The translations under genes were made by a program, and so were the position numbers. DNA of 64,000 nucleotides from NCBI GenBank assembly GCA_964539545.1, contig CAZIJG010000001.1:11083-75082 (forward strand). The letters are read 5' to 3'. Positions 27,010 to 35,752 of this stretch are shown in pieces; the stretch's first letter is position 1; every line of letters starts with the position of its first letter. This DNA is from an uncultured Gammaproteobacteria bacterium (GTDB lineage: Bacteria; Patescibacteriota; Patescibacteriia; Patescibacteriales; UBA12465). The notes below the pieces were generated by a model. It ran no database searches, was not told the origin of the DNA, and saw only the letters and a program-made list of their open reading frames with translations.

Positions 27010-27999
27010 ATGGATATTTTGAAAAAAATTGAACAAGCCAAATTAGTTGGCAGAGGTGGAGCTTGCTTCCCAGTCGCCACAAAATGGAATTATGTGAAAA
27101 AAGCCGAAGGAAATAAGTATATAGTTGCCAATGGAGCAGAAGGCGAACCAGGCGTTAAAAAAGATGGATACATACTAACTCATCATACTAAGGAAGTAAT
27201 AAACGGAATCAACTTAGCTTTAAAGTTTTTCAAAGCTAAGCGGGTTTTTATTTTTTTAAACCACAATTACACTAACGCGGAATCTCAAATTAAAAAAGAA
27301 ATTGGCAAATTACCAATTGAGATAATCTATAAGCCACAAAATGCTGGTTATATTGCTGGCGAAGAAAGCGCTTTATTAAGTACTTTGGAAAAAAAGAGAA
27401 TTGAACCAAGCATTAGACCGCCTTTTCCAGTAGAATCCGGCTATAAACAATCTCCGACTCTAATAAATAATATCGAGACTTTCTATAACATCTCTTTAGT
27501 TGATAAAAACAAATTTAGTGATAAGCGGTTCTATACTGTTGGCGGAGATTGTTATAAACCAGGAGTATATTGTTTACCAGATAACTGGAGTATCGCCAGA
27601 ATATTAGAAGAAACTAATAATTTTCCTCGTTTTAAATTCTTCATCCAACATGGAGGTCGAGCTAGCGGAGAAGTATTAAATAGCACTCAACTAAACCAAA
27701 AAGTTCGAGGTTGCGGTGCTATAACTATATACAAACAAGATTCTCATGATTCTTTTAACTTTATAAAAAATATTATTAATTTTTATGCCGAAAACTCTTG
27801 TGGTAAATGCACTCCTTGTCGTGAAGGTAGTTATAGATTAAAAAAAATGCTGAGTGGGACTAAAATGAATTGGCCTCATTTTCTAGAATTAATAGATAAC
27901 ATGGAAGCTAGCTCTTTTTGTGCCTTGGGCAGCTCTCTAGCTTTACCCGTTAAAAGTTATTTAAAAAATGTTAATCCAGATTTTAATATTCAATTATGA
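27010..27999 (+). CDS. NuoF-like flavoprotein (FMN/NADH-binding, one 4Fe-4S), minimal 329-aa form
   Basis: GRGGACFPVATKW, GAEGEPG, NAGYIAGEESALL and the N3-cluster CGKCTPCREG...FCALG. Two nt after the gap stop, and a 4-nt ATGA overlap with hydA. Confidence 0.8.
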   Translation: MDILKKIEQAKLVGRGGACFPVATKWNYVKKAEGNKYIVANGAEGEPGVKKDGYILTHHTKEVINGINLALKFFKAKRVFIFLNHNYTNAESQIKKEIGKLPIEIIYKPQNAGYIAGEESALLSTLEKKRIEPSIRPPFPVESGYKQSPTLINNIETFYNISLVDKNKFSDKRFYTVGGDCYKPGVYCLPDNWSIARILEETNNFPRFKFFIQHGGRASGEVLNSTQLNQKVRGCGAITIYKQDSHDSFNFIKNIINFYAENSCGKCTPCREGSYRLKKMLSGTKMNWPHFLELIDNMEASSFCALGSSLALPVKSYLKNVNPDFNIQL

Positions 28000-29735
28000 A
28001 AAAGATTACCTTTAAAATAAATAATAAGAAAATTATTTGCACTCCTGGCACTAGCATCATGGAAGCGGCTAAAGAAAATGGCATATTCATCCCTAGTTTA
28101 TGTTTTCATCCAGATTTACCAGCTAAGGGTAATTGTCGTGTCTGCGTAGTCGAAATTAAAGGTTATAAAAAACTAGTCGCTTCTTGCTCTATGAAAGCTC
28201 AAGAAGGAATGGAAATCAAAACTAACAGTCCTCGAGTAATTAAATCAAGAAACATGAATCTAGAATTAATCTTCGCTGAACATGTAGAAAAATGCCCAAC
28301 CTGTATTAGTCGTATAGATTGCCAGTTATTAAAATTGGCCAAGAGATATAAATTAAAAATTACTGAATTTCCAGATCGTAAAAAATATCGTAAAACATAT
28401 AAATTTGCTAACGCAGTAGAAATAGATGGCTCCCAATGTATTGATTGTGGCTCTTGCACCCAAGCCTGCGAAATATTAACTGGAATCAATTACTTAAAAT
28501 TAAAAGGCAAGGGAAGCAGCCAAGAGATTGTTCCCAGAGAAAAGCCTGATATGTTGTCTGGTTTAGCAGCCAGAAAAAAGGGCTTTGCCTGTGTTTATTG
28601 CGGTCAATGTGCCTTACACTGTCCAGTAGGCTCAGCGCAAGAACAAGTAGATATTCCGGTGATAGAAAAAATGTTGAAGAACAAAAAATCTGATGAAATA
28701 TATATTGCTCAAATCGCTCCATCCATTAGAGTAAGCATCGGAGAAGAATTTGGTATTGAGCCGGGTAAAATAGTAACTGGACAATTAATTGCTGCCCTAA
28801 AAAAAATAGGCTTTGATAAAGTCTTTGATGTCAACTTTGGTGCTGATATCACAACCCTGGTAGAGGCGGACGAATTAATTAAACGTTTGAAAAAGAAAAA
28901 AAGCATTTTACCAATGATGACTTCTTGTTGTCCAGCCTGGGTTAAATATGTAGAATTCTATAGACCAAATTTAATTCCTAATCTAACCACTGCTCGTTCC
29001 CCGCAAATTCATCTAGCGGGAATAATTAAGACCTATTGGGCTAAGAAACACAATGTTAATCCAAAAAAGATTAAGATAGTGGCTATAATGCCTTGTACTG
29101 CCAAGAAATTTGAATCAGCCAGAAAAGATTTAAGAGTAAATGGACTACATCTGGTTAATAATGTTTTAACTACTAGAGAATTAGCTTACTTAGTACACAT
29201 AAATAAGATTAACTTAGCTAAAATCAAACCACAGAAGGGCGACGATTTATTAAGCGATCATACTGGAGCAGCTGCTATTTATGGTGGGACTGGCGGAGTG
29301 ATGGAATCTGCTCTCAGAAGCGCAGGATATTTTCTAAACCCTGATAAACCTAAACTAGGCAAAATTAAGTTTAAAGATGTTAGAGGTTTAGAGGGTGTTA
29401 AAGAAGCTACCGTCAAAATTGGTAATAAAACTTTACAAGTGGCCGTGATTAATGGTTTGGCAAATTTCAATAAAATAGTTGACCAGCTAAAAAAATATCA
29501 TTATATTGAAGTAATGGCCTGTCGCGGTGGTTGTATTGGTGGCGGTGGTCAACCTATCCCGACTAATGATGAAATCAGAAAACAACGAATTAAAGCTTTA
29601 TACAGCATAGATGATAAAAAAAAGCGGAGAAAGGCTCATCAAAATAAAACTGCTTTAGAGATTATAGAATGGTTAGAAAAAAATGATTTAGATCATAAAG
29701 TTCTCCATACTCAATATAAAGAAAAATTTCATTAA
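27996..29735 (+). CDS. hydA: [FeFe]-hydrogenase, M3-type catalytic subunit
   Basis: H-cluster motifs TSCCPAW, MPCTAKKFE and MACRGGCIGGGGQP. N-terminal 2Fe-2S (CFHPDLPAKGNCRVC), His-ligated cluster (HVEKCPTCISRIDC), CIDCGSCTQAC and CVYCGQCALHCP. Confidence 0.9.
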   Translation: MKKITFKINNKKIICTPGTSIMEAAKENGIFIPSLCFHPDLPAKGNCRVCVVEIKGYKKLVASCSMKAQEGMEIKTNSPRVIKSRNMNLELIFAEHVEKCPTCISRIDCQLLKLAKRYKLKITEFPDRKKYRKTYKFANAVEIDGSQCIDCGSCTQACEILTGINYLKLKGKGSSQEIVPREKPDMLSGLAARKKGFACVYCGQCALHCPVGSAQEQVDIPVIEKMLKNKKSDEIYIAQIAPSIRVSIGEEFGIEPGKIVTGQLIAALKKIGFDKVFDVNFGADITTLVEADELIKRLKKKKSILPMMTSCCPAWVKYVEFYRPNLIPNLTTARSPQIHLAGIIKTYWAKKHNVNPKKIKIVAIMPCTAKKFESARKDLRVNGLHLVNNVLTTRELAYLVHINKINLAKIKPQKGDDLLSDHTGAAAIYGGTGGVMESALRSAGYFLNPDKPKLGKIKFKDVRGLEGVKEATVKIGNKTLQVAVINGLANFNKIVDQLKKYHYIEVMACRGGCIGGGGQPIPTNDEIRKQRIKALYSIDDKKKRRKAHQNKTALEIIEWLEKNDLDHKVLHTQYKEKFH

Positions 29736-29736
29736 T

Positions 29737-31167
29737 ATGACACCAGAATACGTATTAGAAACGTTGAAACAACTGAATAAAAAAGGATTTGAAGCCTATG
29801 TTGTAGGAGGCTGTGTTCGCGATATCCTAATGAAAATAAAACCACATGATTGGGATATTACGACCAATGCCACTCCAGAAGAAATTCTTAAGATTTTTAA
29901 AAAAGCTAAATATGAGAACGATTTTGGCACAGTTTTGTTACCAATTAAAGAAAGGATAAAACTAATTGATGTTCTTGAAATTACTACCTATCGCTCAGAA
30001 CAAGGCTATAGTGACAGACGTAGACCGGATGAAGTTAAATTTGAAACTGAATTAGATAAAGACTTAGAAAGAAGAGATTTCACTATCAACGCTTTGGCGA
30101 TGGACAAAGAAGGACACATTATTGATTTATTTGGCGGTTTAAAAGATATTAAAAAAAGAGTAATCCGAGCAGTGGGTGAACCGACCGAACGATTTAAGGA
30201 AGATGCTTTAAGGCTTCTAAGAGCTATCCGATTATCTGCTCAAATGAATTTTAGTATTGAACCTAAAACTGAGAGAGCAATTACTAAAATTGCTGGTAGT
30301 ATTAAATTTATCTCCAAAGAAAGAATTAAAGATGAATTAATTAAAATGATTAAAACTGATCAAGCTGATATAGCCATAAAAAGATTACACGATAATAAAC
30401 TGTTACAATATATTATTCCCGAATTAGAACAGGGTGTTGGAGTAAAACAAAATCATCATCATGTGGATACTGTATTCGTCCATTCCTGGAAGGCTTTAAA
30501 ACATTGCCCTAACAAAGATTGGCGAGTAAAATTTGCCGCCTTACTTCATGATGTTGCTAAACCAAAAACCCGAGTAATGAAAGATGGTCAAGCTACCTTC
30601 TATAACCATGAATATGTAGGCAGCAAAATGACAGATAGAATAATGAAACGACTAAAGTTTTCCAATGAAGATAGAGAAAAAGTAGTTAATCTTGTTAAAA
30701 ATCATATGTTCTACTATAACGTAGGGGAAGTAACTGCCAGTTCAGTACGTAGATTAATAAAAAAGGTTGGAGTAGAGAATCTACAAGATTTAATTGATTT
30801 AAGAATTGCGGACAGATTAGGTTCTAATGTGCCTAAAGCTAAACCATACAAACTTAGACATTTAGAATACATGATGAAAAAAGTGCAACATGACCCGATC
30901 TCCGTGAAGATGTTAAAGATAAACGGTGAAATACTCATGAAAACACTTAAAGTGGCACCCGGACCAAAAATAGGCGCTATTTTAGATGTTCTACTGGGTG
31001 AAGTGATCGAGAACCCAAAATTAAATACTGAGACACAGCTCTTGAATAAAGCTAAGAAGCTAGATAAACTAGATCTAGCTGCTTTAAGAAAACAGGCTAA
31101 AGAATTGATTGAAGAAAAGAGAGAAGAGGATGATACAGCTATAAAAAAAGAGTTTTACGTTAAATAA
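29737..31167 (+). CDS. cca: CCA-adding tRNA nucleotidyltransferase with HD domain
   Basis: GGCVRD, RDFTINA and HD region ALLHDVAKP. Confidence 0.85.
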   Translation: MTPEYVLETLKQLNKKGFEAYVVGGCVRDILMKIKPHDWDITTNATPEEILKIFKKAKYENDFGTVLLPIKERIKLIDVLEITTYRSEQGYSDRRRPDEVKFETELDKDLERRDFTINALAMDKEGHIIDLFGGLKDIKKRVIRAVGEPTERFKEDALRLLRAIRLSAQMNFSIEPKTERAITKIAGSIKFISKERIKDELIKMIKTDQADIAIKRLHDNKLLQYIIPELEQGVGVKQNHHHVDTVFVHSWKALKHCPNKDWRVKFAALLHDVAKPKTRVMKDGQATFYNHEYVGSKMTDRIMKRLKFSNEDREKVVNLVKNHMFYYNVGEVTASSVRRLIKKVGVENLQDLIDLRIADRLGSNVPKAKPYKLRHLEYMMKKVQHDPISVKMLKINGEILMKTLKVAPGPKIGAILDVLLGEVIENPKLNTETQLLNKAKKLDKLDLAALRKQAKELIEEKREEDDTAIKKEFYVK

Positions 31168-31184
31168 TTAATTAAATAATACCT

Positions 31185-31871
31185 ATGAAAAAACTAATAA
31201 TTATTGTCTTTGTTCTAGCTTTTGCTGTAGCTGGTTGTACCACTGGCAACCAAGTCAACAACACAACTAGTCCTAATAAACTCAATATAAATACTAATAA
31301 AAATAATACTAACAATACTCCTATGGAAAGAATGATTTCTGGTCAAGAAGATTTGGCCTCACAATACAAATATGCTACTTTTGTTACTAACCTAGGTGAA
31401 TTTAAATTAGAACTATACGGAGATAAAGCTCCAGTGACTGTAAATAACTTTATGAACTTGGTAAAAGATGATTTCTATGATAACGTAAAATTCCACCGAG
31501 TTATTAAAGGTTTTATGATCCAAGCTGGCGATCCATTAAGTAAAGACGACAACATGAAAAATCGTTGGGGAACTGGCGGATCAGGCTATAATATTCCAGA
31601 TGAATTTGTAGAAGGCCTATCTAATGTTAAAGGAACTATTTCCATGGCTAACACCGGAGCTCCTAACAGTGGTGGCTCACAATTTTTCATTAACGTTGGA
31701 GACAACGTAATGTTAGACTTTAATAAACAACCGTTAAGCAGTAAACATCCAGTTTTTGGCATGGTAATTGAAGGTCTAGACGTAATAGAAAAGATCGAAA
31801 CTACTCCAACCGTTGTCGGAGACCAACCTATAGACGCTGTAATAATTGAAAACATCAAACTAGAAAACTAA
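31185..31871 (+). CDS. Cyclophilin-type peptidyl-prolyl isomerase, lipoprotein
   Basis: Lipobox LAFAVAGC. FHRVIKGFMIQAGDP and SMANTGAPNSGGSQFFI. Confidence 0.9.
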   Translation: MKKLIIIVFVLAFAVAGCTTGNQVNNTTSPNKLNINTNKNNTNNTPMERMISGQEDLASQYKYATFVTNLGEFKLELYGDKAPVTVNNFMNLVKDDFYDNVKFHRVIKGFMIQAGDPLSKDDNMKNRWGTGGSGYNIPDEFVEGLSNVKGTISMANTGAPNSGGSQFFINVGDNVMLDFNKQPLSSKHPVFGMVIEGLDVIEKIETTPTVVGDQPIDAVIIENIKLEN

Positions 31872-31889
31872 AAATTAATCACTCCAAAT

Positions 31890-33041
31890 ATGAAAGTCTA
31901 TTTAGACAATGCGGCTACTACCAAAGTAGACGATAAAGTGGTAGCTAAAATGCAGTCATATTATTTAGAAAAATATGGCAACCCGTCTTCTTTGCACGCT
32001 AAAGGCGAAGAAGCTTTTCAAGAATTACATCAAGCCAAATCTCAGGTAGCTAAACTTCTGAACACTGATACAATTAACTTAATCTTTACTGGTAGCGCTT
32101 CTGAGGCTAATAACTTCATTATTAAAGGCGTAGCTAGAGCTAATAAAGATAAAGGTAAACATATAATCATTTCCAATATTGAGCATCCTTGCGTTCTAGG
32201 ACCGGCTAAGGAACTAACCATGGAAGGTTTTGAAGTTGAGTATATTCCAGTAAATAAAAAGGGGTTGATACAACCTTCTGAGCTTAAAAAAAGATTACGA
32301 AAAGATACTCTTCTAGTATCTATCATGACGGCTAATAATGAAATTGGCACTATTCAAGACATAAAAAAATTAGCTAAATTAACTAAAGCTAATGGCAGTA
32401 TTTTCCATACCGACGCTGTACAATCTGTTCCTGATGTTAAATTAGATATTAAAAACGATAATATAGACTTTCTAACCCTATCTGCTCATAAATTTCATGG
32501 CCCCAAGGGCGTGGGGTTAGCCTGCATTAATCCAAATATTAAAATTAGACCACTAATTAGCGGAAGCGAGCAAAACAAGGGCCTAAGAGCTGGAACTATT
32601 GATGTGCCTGGTATTGTCGGCTTTGCTGAAGCTCTGAAAATAGCTTACCAAGGCAGACAAACTAAAATTAATCAAATAAAGAAACTCCGAAACTATTTCT
32701 ATAATCAACTAGAGAAGGAATTGGGAGATATTTCATTAAACGGAGACAAAGACAAAAGACTAGCCAACAACCTTAACGTTTGCTTTAAAGGTGTTGAAGG
32801 TGAGGCTATACTAGTGGACCTATCCCAAAAAGGTATTTGTGTTTCTACCGGCTCAGCCTGCAGCGCTCACAATCTCAAGGTTTCCTATGTTCTACAAGCT
32901 CTCAGAATAAAATCTAAGTATTTAAATAGTAATATTAGATTTTCTTTGAGCAAATACACTACCAAAAAAGAATTAGATTACACCATTAAAGAAATAAAAA
33001 AAACAATAAAGAGGCTAAAAAACTTTAGCCCTATAAAATAA
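31890..33041 (+). CDS. nifS: Cysteine desulfurase (NifS/IscS family)
   Basis: PLP-Lys SAHKFHGPKG and catalytic Cys loop STGSACSA. Confidence 0.9.
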   Translation: MKVYLDNAATTKVDDKVVAKMQSYYLEKYGNPSSLHAKGEEAFQELHQAKSQVAKLLNTDTINLIFTGSASEANNFIIKGVARANKDKGKHIIISNIEHPCVLGPAKELTMEGFEVEYIPVNKKGLIQPSELKKRLRKDTLLVSIMTANNEIGTIQDIKKLAKLTKANGSIFHTDAVQSVPDVKLDIKNDNIDFLTLSAHKFHGPKGVGLACINPNIKIRPLISGSEQNKGLRAGTIDVPGIVGFAEALKIAYQGRQTKINQIKKLRNYFYNQLEKELGDISLNGDKDKRLANNLNVCFKGVEGEAILVDLSQKGICVSTGSACSAHNLKVSYVLQALRIKSKYLNSNIRFSLSKYTTKKELDYTIKEIKKTIKRLKNFSPIK

Positions 33042-33046
33042 ACAAT

Positions 33047-33442
33047 ATGGCGCTTAACTATACTAAAAAAACTCTCAACCATTTCCTAAAGCCTAAAAAT
33101 ATTGGCGAGATTAAGAACGCTGATGCCTATGCCGAGCTGGGTAACATGGTTTGCGGAGATCAACTGAACTTCTCAATGAAAATAGAGAAGGGAATCATTA
33201 AAGATATTAAATTTATGTCCTTTGGCTGCGCTTCCAATATTGCTACAGCCTCAATCATGACTGAGAAAGTAAAAGGCATGAGTCTGGAGAAAGCTAAAAA
33301 ATTTGACTGGAATACCATTGTTAAAGAATTAGGGGGCTTGCCACAACAGAAAATTCATTGCTCAATCATGGCAGTAGAAGGATTAAAAAAGGTAATTGAT
33401 AATTATGAAGCAAGGAATAAAAAGAAAAAAGTAAAGAAATAA
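33047..33442 (+). CDS. nifU: Fe-S cluster scaffold, NifU N-terminal/IscU-like
   Basis: Three ligand Cys: GNMVCGD, FGCASNIA and HCSIMA. Confidence 0.85.
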   Translation: MALNYTKKTLNHFLKPKNIGEIKNADAYAELGNMVCGDQLNFSMKIEKGIIKDIKFMSFGCASNIATASIMTEKVKGMSLEKAKKFDWNTIVKELGGLPQQKIHCSIMAVEGLKKVIDNYEARNKKKKVKK

Positions 33443-33563
33443 AATAAATTAGACAAAAAAAGAAAAGGGTTATAAAAACCCTTTTCATATTACATTAATA
33501 TTATCAATAAAAAAACAGCCCTATTACAGACTGTTTTTTAATATCTAAATCTTTAAATTTCTT

Positions 33564-34286
33564 TTAATCAACCAGGGTAATCTTCACACCAGGTCCCATG
33601 CTTGAAGTCAGGGTAATGCTTCTAATATAAATACCTTTAGAACCGGATGGTTTAGATTTCTTAATAGCTTCCATCACTGTCTCTAGATTTTCTAGAAGTT
33701 GCTTATCTTCAAAACTCACTTTACCCACTACAGCGTGGATATTAGCTGTATCATCATTCTTAAAGCTAATTTTACCTTTCTTTAATTCGGCCACAGCTTC
33801 TTCTGGAGTAATAGTCACAGTATCATTCTTAGGAGAAGGCATTAAACCTCTAGTTCCTAAAATCTTAGCAATTTTAGACAAATCTTTCATCATAGTTGGT
33901 TCAGCTACAGCAACCTGAAAATCTGTTTTTTCACTCTTTTTAATTTCATCGATTAAATCTATACCACCAACATAATCAGCTCCAGCATCTTTAACAGCTT
34001 TTTCTTTTTCTGGGCTAACAAAAGCAGCTACTTTAATCGTTTTGCCAGTACCATGAGGTAAACTTACAGCAGATCTAACTTGCTGATCACCCTTCTTAGG
34101 ATCTATTCCTAGTCTCATATGAAGTTCTACAGAAGCATCAAATTTAACTTTACTCAACTCTTTAACTAATTTAACAGCCTCTTCCAGCTTATATGTTTTA
34201 GTTTTATCTAGTTCAACAATAGGAGTCTCTACTGCTGCTTCTTTTTTAGGTTGTGCTTTAACCTTTGTTTCTTCTTTTTTCGCCAT
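33564..34286 (-). CDS. rplA: 50S ribosomal protein L1
   Basis: L1 motifs (LPHGTGK, GADYVG) and the rplK-rplA order. Confidence 0.95.
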   Translation of the reverse strand: MAKKEETKVKAQPKKEAAVETPIVELDKTKTYKLEEAVKLVKELSKVKFDASVELHMRLGIDPKKGDQQVRSAVSLPHGTGKTIKVAAFVSPEKEKAVKDAGADYVGGIDLIDEIKKSEKTDFQVAVAEPTMMKDLSKIAKILGTRGLMPSPKNDTVTITPEEAVAELKKGKISFKNDDTANIHAVVGKVSFEDKQLLENLETVMEAIKKSKPSGSKGIYIRSITLTSSMGPGVKITLVD

Positions 34287-34299
34287 ACATTTTTGTAGT

Positions 34300-34327
34300 G
34301 GTGCAAACGCTAAATCTAGCTCCCACC
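34300..34327 (-). promoter_or_regulatory. Structured rplK-rplA spacer (possible L1 binding mimic)
   Basis: On the minus strand: GGUG-GGA-GCUA-GAUU-UAGC-GUUUG-CACC. This is a nested hairpin with a GGGAG-containing asymmetric loop, 13 nt upstream of the rplA ATG. Confidence 0.2.
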
Positions 34328-34351
34328 TTAATTATTATAATTGAAAATATA

Positions 34352-34774
34352 TTATTTAATCTCCACTCCCATTTGCTTAGCAGTGCCAGCAATAATCTTC
34401 ATAGCTGCATCAATATCATTAGCATTCAGATCAGGCATCTTAATTTCAGCAATACCTTTTAAATGAGCCTTACTTAAAGTGCCAACTTTTTGAGTTAAAG
34501 CATTACCAGAACCTTTTTTAATTTTGGCATACTTTTTAATTAACTCAGCAGCTGGTGGAGTTTTCATGATAAAATCAAAACTACGATCTTCGTAAACACT
34601 AATTTCTACTGGAACAATATCGCCCATTCTATCTCTTGAAGCATCATTAAACCTAGTACAGAATTCTTGAATATTTAAACCATGTTGACCTAAAGCCGGA
34701 CCAACTGGAGGAGCTGGATTAGCTTGACCGGCCGGAATTTGCAACTTAATAGTTGTAAGCAGTTTCTTTGCCAT
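34352..34774 (-). CDS. rplK: 50S ribosomal protein L11
   Basis: [25 protein letters not shown]-terminal motif. Confidence 0.95.
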   Translation of the reverse strand: MAKKLLTTIKLQIPAGQANPAPPVGPALGQHGLNIQEFCTRFNDASRDRMGDIVPVEISVYEDRSFDFIMKTPPAAELIKKYAKIKKGSGNALTQKVGTLSKAHLKGIAEIKMPDLNANDIDAAMKIIAGTAKQMGVEIK

Positions 34775-34791
34775 ATTTTTATAATCTATTA

Positions 34792-35337
34792 TTAGATTTT
34801 CTTAATTTGTAAAAAGTCTAATTCTACCGGTGTTTCACGGCCAAACATAGACATAGATACCTTAACTTTACCTTTACCTTCATCAATACTGGAAACTTTG
34901 CCTTCCATGTTCTTGAAAGGACCTTCAATAATACGAACCGGGCTACCTTCAGAAACATCAATTTTGAACTTAGGTTCTTCTACACCCATACGTTTCTGCA
35001 AAGATTTAATTTCTTCTTCGCTAACAGGGGTAGGGATGGTGCCAGTACCAATAAAACCAGTTACATTAGGAGTGTTTCTCACAATGTACCAAGATTCATC
35101 GGTTACTATCATTTCCACCATGACATAACCAGGAAAAATCTTTTCTTCAACAATTTTCCTTTTTCCGTTCTTAATTTTAATTTTTTTCTCAGTCGGTACT
35201 AACACATTGAAGATTTTATCTCCCATATCTAGAGTCTCAATCCTCTGATTTAAATTCTGGGATACATTTTCTTCATATCCAGAATAGGTGTGCAAAACGT
35301 ACCAACGACGGCCTAAGTTTACATTTTGTTTAGCCAT
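34792..35337 (-). CDS. nusG: Transcription termination/antitermination factor NusG
   Basis: [14 protein letters not shown] start and a C-terminal KOW ([10 protein letters not shown]). secE-nusG-rplK-rplA order. Confidence 0.95.
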   Translation of the reverse strand: MAKQNVNLGRRWYVLHTYSGYEENVSQNLNQRIETLDMGDKIFNVLVPTEKKIKIKNGKRKIVEEKIFPGYVMVEMIVTDESWYIVRNTPNVTGFIGTGTIPTPVSEEEIKSLQKRMGVEEPKFKIDVSEGSPVRIIEGPFKNMEGKVSSIDEGKGKVKVSMSMFGRETPVELDFLQIKKI

Positions 35338-35361
35338 AGGTATTTAAAAATTAAAGATAAA

Positions 35362-35541
35362 TTAGATAATAAAGCCTAAAACCCAATTAAAAAAGAAATC
35401 TAGGATACCTAAAAAAGCGGCTACTGCTAAACTGATACCAACAACTAACCAAGTATAGATTTTAGTTTCTTTTTTGCTAGGCCAAGTGACCTTTTTCATT
35501 TCACGAATTGAAGCTTTAATATAGCTTACTAATTTTCCCAT
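35362..35541 (-). CDS. secE: Preprotein translocase subunit SecE
   Basis: 59-aa ORF not in the track: MGKLVSYIKASIREMKKVTWPSKKETKIYTWLVVGISLAVAAFLGILDFFFNWVLGFII. Typical E..KV.WP motif, one TM helix, immediately upstream of nusG. Confidence 0.8.
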   Translation of the reverse strand: MGKLVSYIKASIREMKKVTWPSKKETKIYTWLVVGISLAVAAFLGILDFFFNWVLGFII

Positions 35542-35594
35542 ATAAGTATTTATAGTATTTAAAAACAGCCTTGGCGGCTATTTATGCTATCTAT

Positions 35595-35623
35595 ACTTTA
35601 TATAATTATAGGAATAATGTCAA
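35595..35623 (-). promoter_or_regulatory. Sigma-70-like promoter candidate for the secE-nusG-rplKA operon
   Basis: Minus strand TTGACA (35623-35618), 17-nt spacer, TAAAGT (35600-35595). Confidence 0.35.
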
Positions 35624-35752
35624 GAAAAAAGCTCATATTAAAATACGACATCTTGAGAATTTTAATTGAGTAGTAATCGATGATTTAGTAGAATTGACTA
35701 AAGTCTATAAAACTATTGACCAAAGTTGGCTTTTAAGGCAAAATAGGTTAAA

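Noticed and set aside
27996-27999. Possibility of an alternative genetic code (UGA recoded, as in some candidate phyla).
   Set aside because: TGA terminates the NuoF-like gene (27997-27999) and alr (57248-57250) at family-typical lengths, and no conserved gene is interrupted by in-frame TGA. Standard code 11 fits.
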